DNA of 41,985 nt, taken from NCBI GenBank assembly GCA_000934665.2, contig KZ538890.1, positions 1-41,985 on the forward strand. The letters run 5' to 3'. The notes beneath the pieces are model-generated. The model searched no databases, had not been told where the DNA came from, and saw only the letters and a list, made by a program, of their open reading frames with translations. Below are positions 13,913 through 25,959 of this stretch, in pieces. The DNA is from Catajapyx aquilonaris (taxonomy: Eukaryota). Both the position numbers and the translations under genes were made by a program. The first letter of the stretch is position 1. Every line of letters begins with the position of its first letter.

Positions 13913-14838
13913 CCCCTTCGGTCCCCAGCTATACCCGCCATCGCCTAGTTTTCCACTTATCAGTACTCTGAAGATACGGACAAGATATTTTACACAAAAT
14001 AACAGCTATACTTACAAGTCCATGGAAAATACTATCAATGTGTTTGGAACAATTTTCCTCATCTAGAAGTCCCTATATTAATTTCCAAAATATTGGTGTA
14101 AAACTCGAAATTCGAGTACTTACGGCCAACGACTTGGCTCATTTAATAATGAAACACATTAAAATACACGGAATAACAACCTTGAGAATAGTGCCAGACG
14201 AATTTGATGAAATCATCACACTTTGCGCGAAATAAATGATTTCTTATCTGCTGCTTTCCTGTTACTTCGGAAATCTCCCAAATTAATTTATTTATATCGT
14301 GAAGTACTACGATTTCAGCAACTTTGTCTGGCAAGGTTCTCAAGGTTAATATTCTGCACATTTTAACATTTCATAATTAAATCAGGCAAACAGTTGGCTG
14401 CCAGTTCTCGAATTTCCAGTTGTTGTTTTTTTACAGCATATATTTGGAAATTACTTTAGGAACTTCTAGAGGAGGAAAATTGTTCCAAACAGATTCATAG
14501 ATGAATCTGTTTGGAACAATTTTCCTCCTCTAGAAGAATTTATTTTGTGAAATATATTGTCCGTATCTTCAGAGTACGTGTAAAGGAAAATCTAGTCATG
14601 GCATAAAGGTTCACCAGTAGTACTTGAATTTCAAGTTATTACTTTTGAAAATTAATTTAGGGACTTCTAGACAAGTTTCCAACACATTCATAGCATAGAG
14701 GGAGACTGTAGAACATGAACGTGTAAGTATAGCTGCTATTATTATTGGTAAAATATATTATTTATAATCTTCAGCGTACATGTAATTTTAACAGAAACGA
14801 AAATCTAGGCGATGGTGGTATAGCTGGGGCCGAAGGGG
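13913..14838. mobile_element. piggyBac-like non-autonomous element (TTAA TSD)
   Basis: TTAA|CCCCTTCGGTCCCCAGCTATACCCGCCATCGCCTAG ... CTAGGCGATGGTGGTATAGCTGGGGCCGAAGGGG|TTAA; internal inverted repeats, no transposase ORF. Confidence 0.85.
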
Positions 14839-16564
14839 TTAATGGGGGGAGGGGACACCAAGATGAATCTCTTTCATCAATTGGCGTTTCATTCTAGCTT
14901 TATTAGGTTTTTCAATCAGGCAGCCAATTTTAATTAGGACGAGGTGCAAAAGGAGCTTATCCAGGATTATATTTCCCTCCACCAAAATTTTTAGTGGTAG
15001 TTTTGTTCTTAATAATGCCAGATGAAAAGTGAAGCTCAGATTTGTCCATCTATTTGGGCATTCCAAAAATTCGCATTTCAAGTTCTGTCTTCAACAGGAG
15101 GCACAAGGAATGACAGATATATTTATTTTTCAAGCAATGGCTGATAGGGACTGACTTTTTGAGATACCAGCTGTTCACTAAAGAGATATATTTAATGAAA
15201 TCCATGATTTAGCAATCCTGGTGAAACAGGTTCAATTGGGGAAATGTTAACACAAGTACTACCTAAAGTCAGAACTTATGATAGCTGACCTATTCCAACC
15301 ATCAGGGAATGAGACTGGAGAAGTTCTCAATTCCCTCAGAAAATTTTATCAGTGCACTTTGTGATCCTTTTGTTGCTGATAACATTGCAGTTCTGCTTGC
15401 AATAATTTGAGGCTTCCAAGCACAAATGCATGCATAAGTCACAGTTACAAGTCAATATTTGATCATTGTTGATCATCTGCCTTCTGTTGTTAAAAGTATC
15501 TACTGTAGTAGGCCTAATTCAACTAGGTACAAAGTGACAGAAATGTGACTTGCAAATTGTAATTCATTTTTCAACAAGGACAGGTGAGATCACAATCATC
15601 TTTCCCTGCCTCAGATCCTGACCACAGACCAGGGCAGGCACAGATATGCCATCACAGATCTAGGGCTTGCTGTGAAGAGACCTGGAAATATCTCAGCACT
15701 GGGAGAAAAAATAATAATCCACCTGTCACATCACACTGCAGTACCTTTTATGGAAACATCAGGGCCTCCAATGGTGAGTTAGGGTTGGTAATGTTCACCT
15801 ATTGAACCAACATCGCCGCACACTAGCTGCAATACCATGCCAAACAAGGTAGCGAATCAATGCAAAAAAAAAAAAAAAAATGCATCCTTACAAAAAGGGA
15901 ATGTGGCACAACATGCAGATCCCGGCTATGAGTGGTGCAGGTGAAGGTTCCATAGCAGGTTATTGGTAAGTAACCTTGCCATTGTACAGGATAGTTTTGC
16001 ACAGAGCAACACACAACTGTTATTCAACATTTAATCCAAATGGTTCACTTTCATATCTTCAACTTACAAAGGTACAAAATGATTCTTTCAAAACTCCCAC
16101 TGACTGGAATACTAGTCTATTACAAATCAAATAAAGATGCTCCTTATGACATGTCACATTCAAGGGTATAGCTCTGGGTTATCCAGAGGTTATAGAATCT
16201 TGTGCAACATTACATACCAGGATGCTCAGTACTACACAACCCTGAAGTTATACAAGTACTCACATGAACAAAATGAAGTTATAGAGTAGCCAAGTCAGTT
16301 CCCAAGAGCTAAAGAAACCTCCATATATGAATTGCAAATGTACATTACATGATCACTTACAATCATTCTACACACTGTGTTCCAAGTATTCTGGTCACTA
16401 TAGTTATCGCTTTTGCCCCGAGTGTTACTTTTGTGTAGCTTCCTACACCCATTTCAAGGTTCCCAATTATATAGCAGCTGCTTCACTCAATCACATCTGG
16501 GAATAACATTGGGAACCTGGATTGCAGTGCAATAAGCTTCACAAAATTTACAATTTGGGTGAAA

Positions 16565-17306
16565 GGACACTGAGGCACAAAATGTATGGGCGAGTGGCCT
16601 TCCGTTCGATTTGCCTGAAAATTGGATATGTTGCAGCCCAGACCATCCTGATCAATGTTAGATAGGGACATTTCGAGGTAGGACCTACAGGGAGTGTGCT
16701 ATTGACCTCCGAAGGTCATATGGGATATGATCTGGTTTTCCGTTCGATTTGCCTGAAAATTGGATATGTTGCAGCCCAGACCATCCTGATCAATGTTGGA
16801 TAGGGACATTTTAAGGTGGGACCTACAGGGAGCATGCTAATCGCTATTCATCGAAGAGGCTACTCAATACCATAGAAGACTGTGGTGAGAGAAACCTTCC
16901 TTACATTGACCCTATGAATGTTGAAGTGCAGCTGGGTTCAGTGGGGCTTAACGTTGGCCTATTTCTGCCTCTGAGGCTCAACACCGACGCCAGGGGGTGG
17001 TCCTCCTCCTGGAAATTGCAGCTGGAGGAAACTCCAGATGACAACCTTCAAGGAGTATAATTTGAACCAGATGAATAGGTAATAACGATTAATAATTAAT
17101 TTAATGCAATAACCATTGAGTTCCTGAGACTTACTGTAGTCTACTACTCCCCCTATTACCTTCGGAGGTTATTAGCATGCTCCCTGTAGGTCCTACCTCA
17201 AAATGTCCCTATCTAACATTGATCAGGACGATCTGGGCTACAACATATCCAATTTTCAGGCAAATCGAACGGAAGGCCACTCGCGCATACATTTTGTGCC
17301 TTGTCC
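16565..17306. mobile_element. MITE with ~155-bp TIRs inserted between AAA and TTT with no TSD (Spy-like)
   Basis: GGGTGAAA|GGACAC...TGTCC|TTTGCAATAAC; the paralogous LRR-2 flank shows the empty site GGGTGAAATTTGTGATAAC (26221-26239); the left arm is partly duplicated at ~16738-16840. Confidence 0.8.
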
Positions 17307-17412
17307 TTTGCAATAACTAAAAGGACTACAATACATGGAACACATGCACAATAGGTCGATTTGTATTGCTGAAGTTTCATTCCAATGCACCACCTTATAT
17401 CACAGGTTTAAA

Positions 17413-18906
17413 TCAAAATCCAGTAAAATTTAGTGAGGATATCTTTGTATGATTAACAAAGAAATGCATATCATACTGCTCCAGCTGGTGGGACAATTCA
17501 TTGAGATAGTCAGGTAAGAGAATCAGCTTACTGCTGTACAAGTGAACTCTTTCCAAATGCTCTCCACATGAATCGAAAACTATTGGAATCACTTCTCTTT
17601 TCATGCTATTATCACACACATAGAGAGTACGCAATTCCTTCAGGTTAGCATTACAGAGAAGTTCATATACACATGATTTGACAGATGTGTTATCCACAAA
17701 AAGACACTTCAATTTGCTACAGAAGGGAATAAGATACCTCACTTGTTGCACTGGCACATTGTTAATATTCAACTCTTCTAGTGCTTGAGATCCAGCATGT
17801 GGCATTTTACATGGAAGTGAATGTCCCACGTAATCACCATACAACAGCTCAAGACACTTTAGATCGGGAAAAATTTCCCTGATTCCTGCCACATTTATAC
17901 CAGTGCAATTTTCAATGGTCAGAGACTCGAGTTTAGGGTACGACACATTCATGTTTTGTCTGAAGAGAGAATCAAGGCCAGCAACCTTTTCCAATTGTAA
18001 TTGGTGTAGACCAAACATGCATTTGTCCATCAGGAAAAGAAGATTTGAAGATGTCCCATTACATAATTTCAAGCTCTTCAGGTTAGCTAGTCCACTAATC
18101 ATATTTATGTGTGCGTTGTCAACCATGTACAGGTCCAGCTTCTCAAGGTATGGAAAATGGGTCACAACCTTTTGCAGGGTAGCTATATTTGTTGCATCCA
18201 GGTCTGCTGCAAAGTCCTTCAGCTTATAAGCATGTGTGCACAGTGGAAGAACTTCCAGGATATGGTCCATCTGCAATACTTCCAGATTGGGAAGATGGTC
18301 AAGCAGGTGTATGGCTATCTCTGGGGTCAAGGAATGAACGGAAATTTTCTTCAGGTTCTTGCACTTTGAGAGAAGCCGTAAAATGGACGGAGTGGGGCCC
18401 ATCCCATAGAGAAAATTATCTATTACTATATCTTGCAAGTTTGGACAGTTTTCAATAACTTGTGGCAAGAGCTGTCGGTTGGCATCTAATGATACCTTAA
18501 TTGATCGCAGGTTCGTCATTTTGGGGAATGGAATACCTTGTCCTTCCTTTTCGCAGGATTGCTCTAAGTTAATTTCAGGTTCAATATTGATCAGATCACT
18601 CATGACCTGAAGGCCCTTTAAGAGCTGATCAGGCGAAGAGAAAAAAACCCCATCACACTTTTCACTAATCCCTGTGCACTTGGGATGCAAAGCACTAGTA
18701 ATGTCAAAGCAATTACTCCTTCTCGAATGTAACTGAAGAACCTCGTTGACGAATTCGTTTGCAAATGTATTTGGGATGTCCTTCACATACTGTTGAATCT
18801 TTTCTTGTTGTTTTCCATCACTCTTTTCGCATGCGTCGAGTATGACGTTGGCCAAAGCATGCAAGCTTGAGGACCGAAGACTTTGAGGCTGCTTGCTCCT
18901 TGGCAT
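17413..18906 (-). CDS. LRR-1: BC-box/Cul2-box-like N-terminus + leucine-rich repeats (putative CRL2 substrate receptor), 497 aa, single coding exon
   Basis: Long ORF; SLRSSSLHAL (BC-box consensus) and IPNTFANEF (Cul2-box consensus), then repeated LxxLxL motifs (CPNLQDIVI, LPNLEVLQM, YPKLESLTI); acceptor tttttcttacag 3 nt before the ATG; two paralogues in the window. Confidence 0.88.
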   Translation of the reverse strand: MPRSKQPQSLRSSSLHALANVILDACEKSDGKQQEKIQQYVKDIPNTFANEFVNEVLQLHSRRSNCFDITSALHPKCTGISEKCDGVFFSSPDQLLKGLQVMSDLINIEPEINLEQSCEKEGQGIPFPKMTNLRSIKVSLDANRQLLPQVIENCPNLQDIVIDNFLYGMGPTPSILRLLSKCKNLKKISVHSLTPEIAIHLLDHLPNLEVLQMDHILEVLPLCTHAYKLKDFAADLDATNIATLQKVVTHFPYLEKLDLYMVDNAHINMISGLANLKSLKLCNGTSSNLLFLMDKCMFGLHQLQLEKVAGLDSLFRQNMNVSYPKLESLTIENCTGINVAGIREIFPDLKCLELLYGDYVGHSLPCKMPHAGSQALEELNINNVPVQQVRYLIPFCSKLKCLFVDNTSVKSCVYELLCNANLKELRTLYVCDNSMKREVIPIVFDSCGEHLERVHLYSSKLILLPDYLNELSHQLEQYDMHFFVNHTKISSLNFTGF

Positions 18907-19143
18907 GTTCTGTAAGAAAAATGAAATGTCTCACTACAAAATACTCATGTACGAAAATAATTACATGTGACTGATGAAGCAAAATGCGAGGGCGAATCAA
19001 GAAGCAATTCACACTTTTTTTAAAAATTCTGAAGCCTCATTATGGAAACTGAAACTGACATACAGTATTGGAAGGGCAAGTCCTTCTCTCCTTTTTGACA
19101 TACCATACACAGTGATGCACTTATGGCACCAGGACACTACTAC

Positions 19144-19386
19144 CTCAACCTGTTGGATGGTGCGGACCGGGAAGATCAAGTGTGACTGGCGGGTGTGCTA
19201 GGACCAGTGGGGATGGCGTCTGGTGCTGGTTTGGACGTTATCCGGACGATCTGGGCCCACAGGGGGAAGGAGATTGTTCCGACGGGCAGAATGATGTTCC
19301 ACGAGACGAGTCTTCACCTCCTGCTTGAGTCGGCCATCTTGCCAGTCACGTGACGCGAACACCAACTGGCACCAGTGTTGCCAATG
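19144..19386 (-). promoter_or_regulatory. Promoter and non-coding leader exon of LRR-1
   Basis: GC-rich island with GTCACGTGAC E-box palindrome (19345-19354) next to YY1-type CAAGATGGCCG; candidate donor GAG|GTAGTA near 19143; intron ends at the acceptor at 18910-18911. Confidence 0.55.
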
Positions 19387-20141
19387 ACAAAAATAATAAT
19401 TCAGAACGACATTTACCTTATTTACGCTACCTGCAATATGATTTTAATTTTGAACCACGTGGTCACTCACTACTGGGATTTATTTAAATCCACAGGGCTA
19501 CATTCTCGATTGGTGGTGGCATCCATGCAAAGAAGGCTCGCGGGACATTCGATCGTCGCTATGATCTGAACAGGGCATGAACTTCATTGCAGCACATGTT
19601 TTCTCATGAGTGCCTTTAGGTACAGTAGTGCTCACAGTTCAAATATGTTGTGAAATGTTTTCTGCTTTCCAATCACCCCCCCCCCCTCCAGTATTCTCTG
19701 CCTTCCTATAAGTGGCAAAGGAAGTTGAATATACCGTAATCAAAGGCAGCATATTTTCCATCTGAGGGCGAGACATGGTCTCTAATAGACGAGGTGAGGG
19801 GGAAATTGGTATGTTTTATCAGGAGTAAAAATACACAGGGCCTTACTGAAGTTTTCCTGGACCGGCCTTTCCAGTCTGTTATGACCTGAAGTGTTATTTA
19901 CGAGTAAGTTGCAGAGGTTTCGGCAGCACAAGGTGCCATCCATCCAGAAGGATTTGACGGGTGCGGTCATCACATTTCGAACTTACACCCTTCAACTGGT
20001 GTACAGCTTCAAACTCTTGCCAACTAATTTTTGGCCCTGCACTTTGACCATGCCCTGCAGGAAAATGAACATGTGCAACAATATTAATTTTATTCTACAT
20101 ACAATATGCGTGGGGTGGAACTGCTTCTCCTATTGCATTTA

Positions 20142-21218
20142 CAAGGGCATGCTGATAATTTTTGCTTCCATTGCACAGAGAACTAAATACATGCCATAGC
20201 TCATCAGACAATGAGGAGGGTGACATCAAATGAAAGCCTGAAATGTCCTCTTCAAAACCACATATAGGCTAGAGTTGAATCTGGATGTAACTGACTTAAT
20301 CAAGGGACCGAGGAAAACAGTATGTTATAACCAATCTCTGTTATAGCCAAATAGCCACTTTCGCAATGAATACACAAGTTTTCTGCTATCATACGCTTAT
20401 AATGCACGCTACTGCTTACTGATTACGAAACTATCCACAAACGCGCAAAATTAGCTCCCTGGGACTTAGGCAGGACCAAAAAAAATCTGCCATCTCGTTC
20501 TTGCCAAATATACCATAAAAATAATGATTTTGACCTTTTCAGCAAGTGTTAGATCAGTGACAGATGCGAAAATCACCCCAGCTCCAGTATGCAGTGCTTT
20601 CCTCGCATGGGAAATTAAGCGGAGTAATCAAAAACAGCATATTTGTCCAATAAATAGTATGTTATACACGAGGTGAGGTAAAATAAGTGCTACATATCAG
20701 GAGTCAAAATACATAGGGCCTTATGGAAGAATGGCGGGACTGGCCTTTCAAGTCCGTTATAGCCGAGGCTGTTATGCAACTGTACTTTACTTTTCTAAAT
20801 CTCACATTCACAGTTTTGCGACCCGTCATGAACTCGACATGCATGACACCTTCTCCCGAGACTCAAATTCCCTGCACTTCTCATCCACCATATACAGCCC
20901 AGATCTTGAGTCCTGCGACTTTTTTCTTTCTCCAAAAATGAAGACACACATGAAAGGAAATCGGTGCAGTGCCAATGCAGAAGTTGAGGCTGCTGTTCGC
21001 ACTTGTCACGGCTCCCCAAGCCCAGAGTTGTCCGCCGACTGGAGGAAAAAACTTGTACATCGGTGGTGCAAGTGCTGGTGCTGGTGCCTATGTAGAAAAG
21101 TCAATATATGGTTTTGAATAGGTCATTTCAGCCATTCATTTGATGTCACCCTCATTGTCCTGTGACATGTATTTAAAATTCGATGTGCAGGTAGGCAAAA
21201 ATTATTAGCATGCCCTCG
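20142..21218 (+). mobile_element. Degenerate mariner (DD34D-type) element
   Basis: TA-flanked imperfect TIRs (CAAGGGCATGCTGATAATTTTTGC / GCAAAAATTATTAGCATGCCCTCG); transposase C-terminal remnant HPP/YSPDLESCDFFLSPKMKTHMKGNR...KKLVHRWCKC at ~20880-21095. Confidence 0.85.
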
Positions 21219-21278
21219 TAGCTTCACTCACTGCTCCACACTGCTCTATCTGAAAGTGACGGTATTATTTTGCTTAGT

Positions 21279-21388
21279 TTTTTTTTTTTAAATACCACAT
21301 GATCAATCCAGAGGCCATCTTAGGGTCAGGTAGAACACCGCCATATTTTCATTCAATTTTCGTATTTTTTCTTCAAACTTCGCGCAAA
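21279..21388 (-). mobile_element. Short poly(A)-tailed retroposed insertion with 15-bp TSD
   Basis: ATTATTTTGCTTAGT at 21264-21278 and 21389-21403, with a poly-T run at the left end (poly-A on the minus strand). Confidence 0.7.
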
Positions 21389-22217
21389 ATTATTTTGCTT
21401 AGTATTGGTTCTATACCATCGACACTGGTGTAAGATGAGGTCATGAGGTCAGCTTCGCACAAAACTTGGCAAAACATCAAGCAACTATTCACTGCAATTT
21501 ATTACACAAAATACATAAATGCAAAATATCACATTTTCACGATTCTTCTCCATATTTATTAATTTGGCATGATTCACCAAATACAGTGCATTAAAAAGTA
21601 TAATATGACCTGTTGGCAGTAACTGCTGATCATCTACCTTCCATTGTTGAGAGTATAAAGTGATTCAATTTGGTATACTGCATGGCACAGAAATAACATT
21701 ATTTTAATAAATTTGTCAGAAATCCAATTTCAAACCCAACCAATGAGTAATCAAACGAAGATCTTATGCCAATTGATGGGGTAGTGTGGATCGTTCTTTC
21801 CCACATGTTTTCAAGTGTATTTTTTGCACAACTCCCCACTTTAGTGACAATTTAATCAGGCCTAACATATTCTAATGGAATGGCATCGGCAACAATTCAC
21901 TTCATCTGATAAATTTAAAGCAATTTTTGCAACCACAGATATTATGATATTAAGTGGAATTGTTTCTAATCAATGAAGTATAAAACTTCATTCAAAGGCA
22001 GCTAACAAAAAAAGTTTGCCATTGCCCACATCACTCCCTGACCACCCCCTCAATCTATTAGGTACGAATTGTTTCTCAAAAAAGGGACACGGACCTATCA
22101 CACAACTTGATGCTTTGCTTCCTTAAAAATACATGACTACATCAGTCTTTCAATCCCCTTCCCTCTCACCCATATGAACACAATCTTCATAATTATTCAG
22201 GTCAAACTGTGAACATT

Positions 22218-22859
22218 TCACAATCGCTTCAGACTTCGTTTCTTGTCCTTTGTACTTTTCTTCTTGTCAGCACCATTCTTCTCTCCTAGGACGTTCTTTT
22301 CCCCAGCAAGCTTCTTAGCCACAGGCCCATCTCGAGTGGCTAAAACAGATGCTGCACCCTCACTTTTTGAACTCTTGGTTGACTGAGCATGAATCTCAGT
22401 CATCATCTTCGCACGTTGGACGTAGTCATCGTAATGGTCCAGGAGTAGCTTGCCGGCCTCCTCATTCAAGGCAGATTCCGGGTTGGGCACAATGAGAAGG
22501 CATCTTATGGTCAGTAGGACATTCCTGATGCCAAACTCAGGCTTCCAGTCCTTCTTCAAAACATTGACACAAATCTCACCATTTTTGGCCACATTGGGAT
22601 GGAAAAGTTTCGTCACAAACAGGCCCTTGGGTGGTGAGAGCGGAAAGTCCTTGCTAAGCACCAGTTTGACTCGGAATATACCACCGGCATATGGGGTGTC
22701 AGCAGGTCCTTCGATTGAAGCTTGGATGTCGCTGATGTCCTCATCGTTGACGTGGACTCGGATCCCTTCGAGTGGATTATTCTTCAGATCACTCACCTCT
22801 TTTGCCACCTGGCGTATGACCATTGGGGAAAGGTTTTCCATGTTGGAGGAGGCACTCAT
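22218..22859 (-). CDS. UBE2S: Ubiquitin-conjugating enzyme E2 S (K11-chain E2), intronless CDS, ~213 aa
   Basis: [22 protein letters not shown]...[17 protein letters not shown]...[20 protein letters not shown]...[16 protein letters not shown] and the characteristic basic C-terminal tail DKKRSLKRL; candidate acceptor tcctgcag at 22940-22941; an alternative in-frame ATG lies at 22871. Confidence 0.95.
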   Translation of the reverse strand: MSASSNMENLSPMVIRQVAKEVSDLKNNPLEGIRVHVNDEDISDIQASIEGPADTPYAGGIFRVKLVLSKDFPLSPPKGLFVTKLFHPNVAKNGEICVNVLKKDWKPEFGIRNVLLTIRCLLIVPNPESALNEEAGKLLLDHYDDYVQRAKMMTEIHAQSTKSSKSEGAASVLATRDGPVAKKLAGEKNVLGEKNGADKKKSTKDKKRSLKRL

Positions 22860-23091
22860 ACTTTGGTGCATCAAGGTCACAGCTGCCCTGAATGAGTCTC
22901 CAGGCACGAAATCCGGAAAAAGGTGGTTGAGTTCGAGACCTGCAGGAGTATGGTGCCAACGTCGGAGACTCCAGATAGAGAAACCAACTGCCATGTGGCA
23001 CAGAAATTAGACTTGCAATTCATGTTTCAACTTGGAGATGCGTCAAATGTGAAATAACAAATAATTCCCGTCCATGCTAATTTCAGTGAAC

Positions 23092-24125
23092 GGGTGATTC
23101 CAGGTGAGATCAGATAAAATAAAATCAGATGTCCACACTGCATTTTTTTTAAATTCTGAAATTTGGCATACAGAAACGTTATGTTCACATGTGATTGTGT
23201 GAATTTTTTCAACCCGCTAGCATCCATAGGTCGCTTCAGGGTAGCCAACCCGCCTCCTGGGCGAAAAAGGGCGTGGCACCATATCTGAATTTGAAGAGTA
23301 TGCTCTCAGGGACATTTGTACCAAATTTCATGCTTTTTTCACCAAATTCATGGTTGAATCCCTTAACCTCCGGACTATAATAGGAAACGAGGCGTAACTT
23401 CAGTCTGAGTGTGAATGAAATCAGTAACTTGTTATTTTCGTAGTGTTTCCCCCACTTTACAGGCTAGAAAGGTCAAAGGTCATGCAATTTGCAAAAAGAG
23501 ACGTCATTAACAAGCCAAATTCATTATAGACCAGATGGCACAATCTCCGTAGTACCACAATGAAGCTTTATTCATTTTGAAAATGTTTATTATGTTCATG
23601 AATACTGAAATACTGAAAGCTTATTGTAACGAAAATATCAACTTTTCACCCTTCCTCCTCCAGATTTAATTCATATCTCCGTAACTACGCCCGACACAAA
23701 ATCGAAATTTTCGGGAACATATAGAACACGGATGGATGATCATGTGAATATTTTTCACATATTTTTGTGACCTCATAGGGTCGAAAGGTCAAAGGTCAAA
23801 TATTTTGACCTCAAAAAATGAGAGGTCACATTTTTCGTAAAAATTCATTTTTGGTGCAGGAATATTGGGCAAACCTTCCAGAATTGAAATTCACTTCAAT
23901 GATGTCAGTGGTGCCAATAGTTGCCGAAATATGGCGGTTGACGTGATGGTCAAATTTTAGCACATGCAAATTTTCACATGGTCATTTCTCGTGACCTATG
24001 GATGCTAGCGGGTTGAAAAAATTCACACAATCACATGTGAACATAACGTTTCTGTATGCCAAATTTCAGAATTTAAAAAAAAATGCAGGGTGGACATCGC
24101 TATCTGATCTCACCTGGAATCACCC
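23092..24125. mobile_element. MITE with ~135-bp TIRs and 4-bp TSD GAAC (Sola2-like by termini)
   Basis: GAAC|GGGTGATTCCAGGTGAGATCAGATA ... TATCTGATCTCACCTGGAATCACCC|GAAC; near-identical arms; the superfamily assignment is tentative. Confidence 0.85.
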
Positions 24126-24609
24126 GAACGTAATATAGCCTAATATTAGAAACCCAAATAACATGCTATGAAATAATAGTGCAACTTGTGGAATACAGGT
24201 CACATAACAAAATAGGTCATAAGAAAATTATTTCCTATTTTGCTATAGTCCACAGAGCTTGCCACAGAGTGTGACATGTCATGTCTGTGGCATGTCCCAA
24301 CACTCACTTTTGTAGTACTGTAAATTTTTATGCATTCAGTGCATAAAATGCTTATTTAATTTTTTAATCAGAGTAGTGGAGCAAGAAATACTTAGAAAGG
24401 CTAATGCATTTTTTGTATTGATTTTAGAGAAAGAGGAATTTTGTCCCAAATCACATCAGTGCAGTGGGCAGAAACAAAAACTGCTCAGTCCTGGTACGGT
24501 CAGCCCAAAGCCCCACAGCCACACCAACACAAGGGCTCCATCCATCTCCCTATTGCCTCCATATCCATAGGTATATTAATAAGCAGTAACAACCAGAACT
24601 AGCTGTAGC

Positions 24610-24965
24610 TGTTTTGAAACAACCACACCTAGGTCTGGATGGTTTGCAACGACCAGACTTACTGTGCTTACAGCCGAACTTCTCAAAAAGATAGGCACGT
24701 CCTAAATATTGTGACCTCTGTGTTTAAGCCATACCCAGCAGGATTTCAGAAGTGGCATTTTTTTTGTATTGCCTTGTACCCACCAATCTGATTGGCGGGT
24801 CAGGGGCCCTTGAGTATGGCTCCACCAATCAGATCCCTTTGGGTGTCCGGTGGGGAGTGGAGGGCTAATCCCTTTTTTGAGAAGTTAGGCTGTAAGCACT
24901 GTAGGTCTGGCAGTTTTAAAACGTCCACACCTAGGTCTGGATGGTTTGCAAATGACCAGACCTAG
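24610..24965. repeat. Composite inverted/direct repeat element (MITE-like)
   Basis: Inverted arms CCAGACTTACTGTGCTTACAGCCGAACTTCTCAAAAA / TTTTTGAGAAGTTAGGCTGTAAGCACTGTAGGTCTGG, plus the direct repeat CCACACCTAGGTCTGGATGGTTTGCAA at ~24622 and ~24925. Confidence 0.65.
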
Positions 24966-25864
24966 GTTTTTCGCTCAGTGAGCGTTTTTGGGGTTTAAGC
25001 CTAACATACACGATACAGCAATTTTAGAATGAAAAAAAAAAAAGTGAAATTATAGACTTGGTGGTTATTTTACTGGGAACACTAGAGGTAAGACCTTTTT
25101 TATATTTAAAAAAAAACAAATCTGAAGACATTATTACTCTGTATTTTGTAGAAATTTGAAACTGAAAATCAGCATTATTTCACTATTGACCCAGATGTGA
25201 GATCATAATAATATTTACCTGTCTCAGATCTTGATCTCAAAGATGGACAGCCACAGAACTCCCAGCTTGGAGGCAACTCGTGATGTGAAGAAACCTGGAC
25301 TTATCTCAACACTGCACTGTAAAGAAGTAAATTAAAAAAATCACATGTCACATCACACTACCTTATTATCATGGCCTCCAAATGGTTTACATCAGTCCTA
25401 GCTAAAGCCAGAACTACTTCTAGCAAACTTATTCGAGAGTTAGGACCCAAGAGTGGAGAAGTTGCCAAGAATTCTCTCTCCATGTCACTACTCACTACAT
25501 AATTATTGCACTGCTGAAGAATGCAGAATTTCTGCTTGCTCTCAATGCAGGCAGAACTATCTCCAGAGGCCTCTTCCCACAAATAATTCTCAGATCACCA
25601 CTATGCAGGATAGATTTGCACAAAACAAGATGCAAGTGTTAATCAACATTTAGTCCAAACGATCCACTTTAATAACCCCACAGTAAAAAACGTACAAAAT
25701 GGAACAGTACAGCAATGGTTATCTCTGCGTACTAAAATAATACTCTTGGAACATGACATGTGAACAGTTCTCTACAGCACAACTCCTTGAAATACCATTT
25801 GTTGCCCTGTACCAACATGAACAAAATGTAGTCATATTGGAGCTAGGTAGGTTCCCAAGAGGTT

Positions 25865-25959
25865 TGTTTGTTTGTTTGTTTTGTCTTTTATACCCCATTG
25901 GGAGAATCGGCGCTCCATTAGGGGGGTGGAATACCCCCCCTACACCAACCGGCTTTGGT
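25865..25959 (-). mobile_element. 5'-truncated non-LTR retroelement 3' end with (AAAC)n tail and 15-bp TSD
   Basis: GGTTCCCAAGAGGTT at 25850-25864 and 25960-25974; (TGTT)n at the left end; paralogous flanks at ~16298 and ~38838 carry the uninterrupted site. Confidence 0.8.

Noticed and set aside
22860..22994. N-terminal extension of UBE2S from the ATG at 22994
   Set aside because: No UBE2S homology before MSASSN, and a candidate splice acceptor lies at 22940
22450..23010. 186-aa plus-strand ORF, and similar antisense ORFs over the LRR genes, Pin1 and SGT1
   Set aside because: Shadow ORFs on the opposite strand of real coding exons
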